Shown: positions 63,314 to 64,000 of the stretch, one piece after another | Layout of the letters: each line of letters opens with the position of its first letter | How positions within the stretch are numbered: position 1 is the first letter of the stretch | NCBI GenBank assembly: GCA_039208735.1 | Contig: JBCCQY010000012.1 | Span: forward strand, 30,336-94,335 | Source of the DNA: Myxococcota bacterium | GTDB taxonomy: Bacteria; Myxococcota_A; UBA796; GCA-2862545 | Direction of reading: 5' to 3' | DNA: 64,000 nucleotides | Notes under the pieces: model-generated | The model's input: the letters and a program-made list of their open reading frames with translations, nothing else | What the model was told of the DNA's origin: nothing | Databases searched by the model: none | Position numbers and translations under genes: made by a program

Positions 63314-64000
63314 TCAGTTGCAGATGGCGTTGGCCCCGTCGAAGCGGCACGTGAGGCTCTGGCCTCCCCTGACCTTGGTTCGTGCGGGCAGACCGCCGAG
63401 AAACGACGCGGTACACGACTTTCGCGGCACATCCGGCACGACCACCTGACCCCCCTCGAACGTCTTGCGGCTCTTGAACGGAGGTTCCTCGCAGTCGATG
63501 CGAAGCGAAACGAACTTGGGCGAACCCGGGGCGAGGCGCAGGGTCAAGGGAGCCGTCTTCGAGGGGACGGGCGCCTCGACTTCAGGGGGCGGTTCGACCA
63601 CGACATCGGGGGCCGGAGCCAAGATGGGCGTTGGAGTCGGCGCTGGCTCGATGATGGGGGCGGGTTCGGGAGGCGGAGCGGGGTCGTCTCCGGGGCTGAA
63701 GATCACCACCGCCGCGATGACACTGATGGTCAGCACGATGGCCGACGCAGTGAGCGCCATCAAGCCCAGCATCACAACGTAGAACCGATAGGACACGGAG
63801 CGGTCGGCGGGGTCCTGTGGTGGAGCGGGCTCCGGGGGAGGGGCTTTCGCAGCGGCGCCGGGGCCCGAGGCGATCGGCCCTTTGATGCCCAGTCCCGAGG
63901 GAGGCTCGGTCGCCGGGGTGGGGGGGGCCGCGGTGGGACCTTGCGCTGGAGCTGATCCCGGCCCTGGGGGGGCGGCGACCGGCGGCAGTAGCGAGGGACG
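63314..64000 (-). CDS. Pro-rich single-TM protein with C-terminal 4-Cys domain, 3' part (begins beyond the window)
   Basis: Frame appears open to the window edge; Pro-rich region, TM, Pro linker, Cys domain. Confidence 0.65.
   Translation of the reverse strand, partial: RPSLLPPVAAPPGPGSAPAQGPTAAPPTPATEPPSGLGIKGPIASGPGAAAKAPPPEPAPPQDPADRSVSYRFYVVMLGLMALTASAIVLTISVIAAVVIFSPGDDPAPPPEPAPIIEPAPTPTPILAPAPDVVVEPPPEVEAPVPSKTAPLTLRLAPGSPKFVSLRIDCEEPPFKSRKTFEGGQVVVPDVPRKSCTASFLGGLPARTKVRGGQSLTCRFDGANAICN

Overview
GC-rich bacterial DNA, densely coding. The repeat lipoproteins and the orphan histidine kinase clade suggest Myxococcota or a relative (inference). No rRNA, tRNA, CRISPR array, transposase or integrase was seen. 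All calls come from reading motifs by eye; no database search was run. The left half is mostly housekeeping and accessory genes: a DUF350-DUF4178-membrane spermidine synthase operon, comEC-lspA, a TPR pseudo-NTPase, MoxR-DUF58-TgpA, a CusF-SCO fusion, and a nine-gene RibD/PTPS-like/glycosyltransferase/CDP-alcohol phosphotransferase cluster of unknown product. The right half (about 36.7-60 kb) is an Afp/PVC-type contractile injection system (CIS). It encodes a cap, two sheaths, one tube, a tail chaperone, a tube initiator, a hub, gp25, baseplate J, a gpI-like protein, a DUF4157-like protein and an AAA ATPase. The CIS is atypical. It has no recognisable spike, PAAR, fibre, toxin or lysis gene. 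It has a phage-style GGGGGAA -1 frameshift site in the chaperone gene. Its last gene encodes a ubiquitin-like domain, four TM helices and a C4HC3 RING/PHD-like zinc finger. Next to it are an Hsp70/actin-fold ATPase paired with a wHTH-GrpE-like protein, and a diguanylate cyclase fused to a His-less HisKA-like domain.
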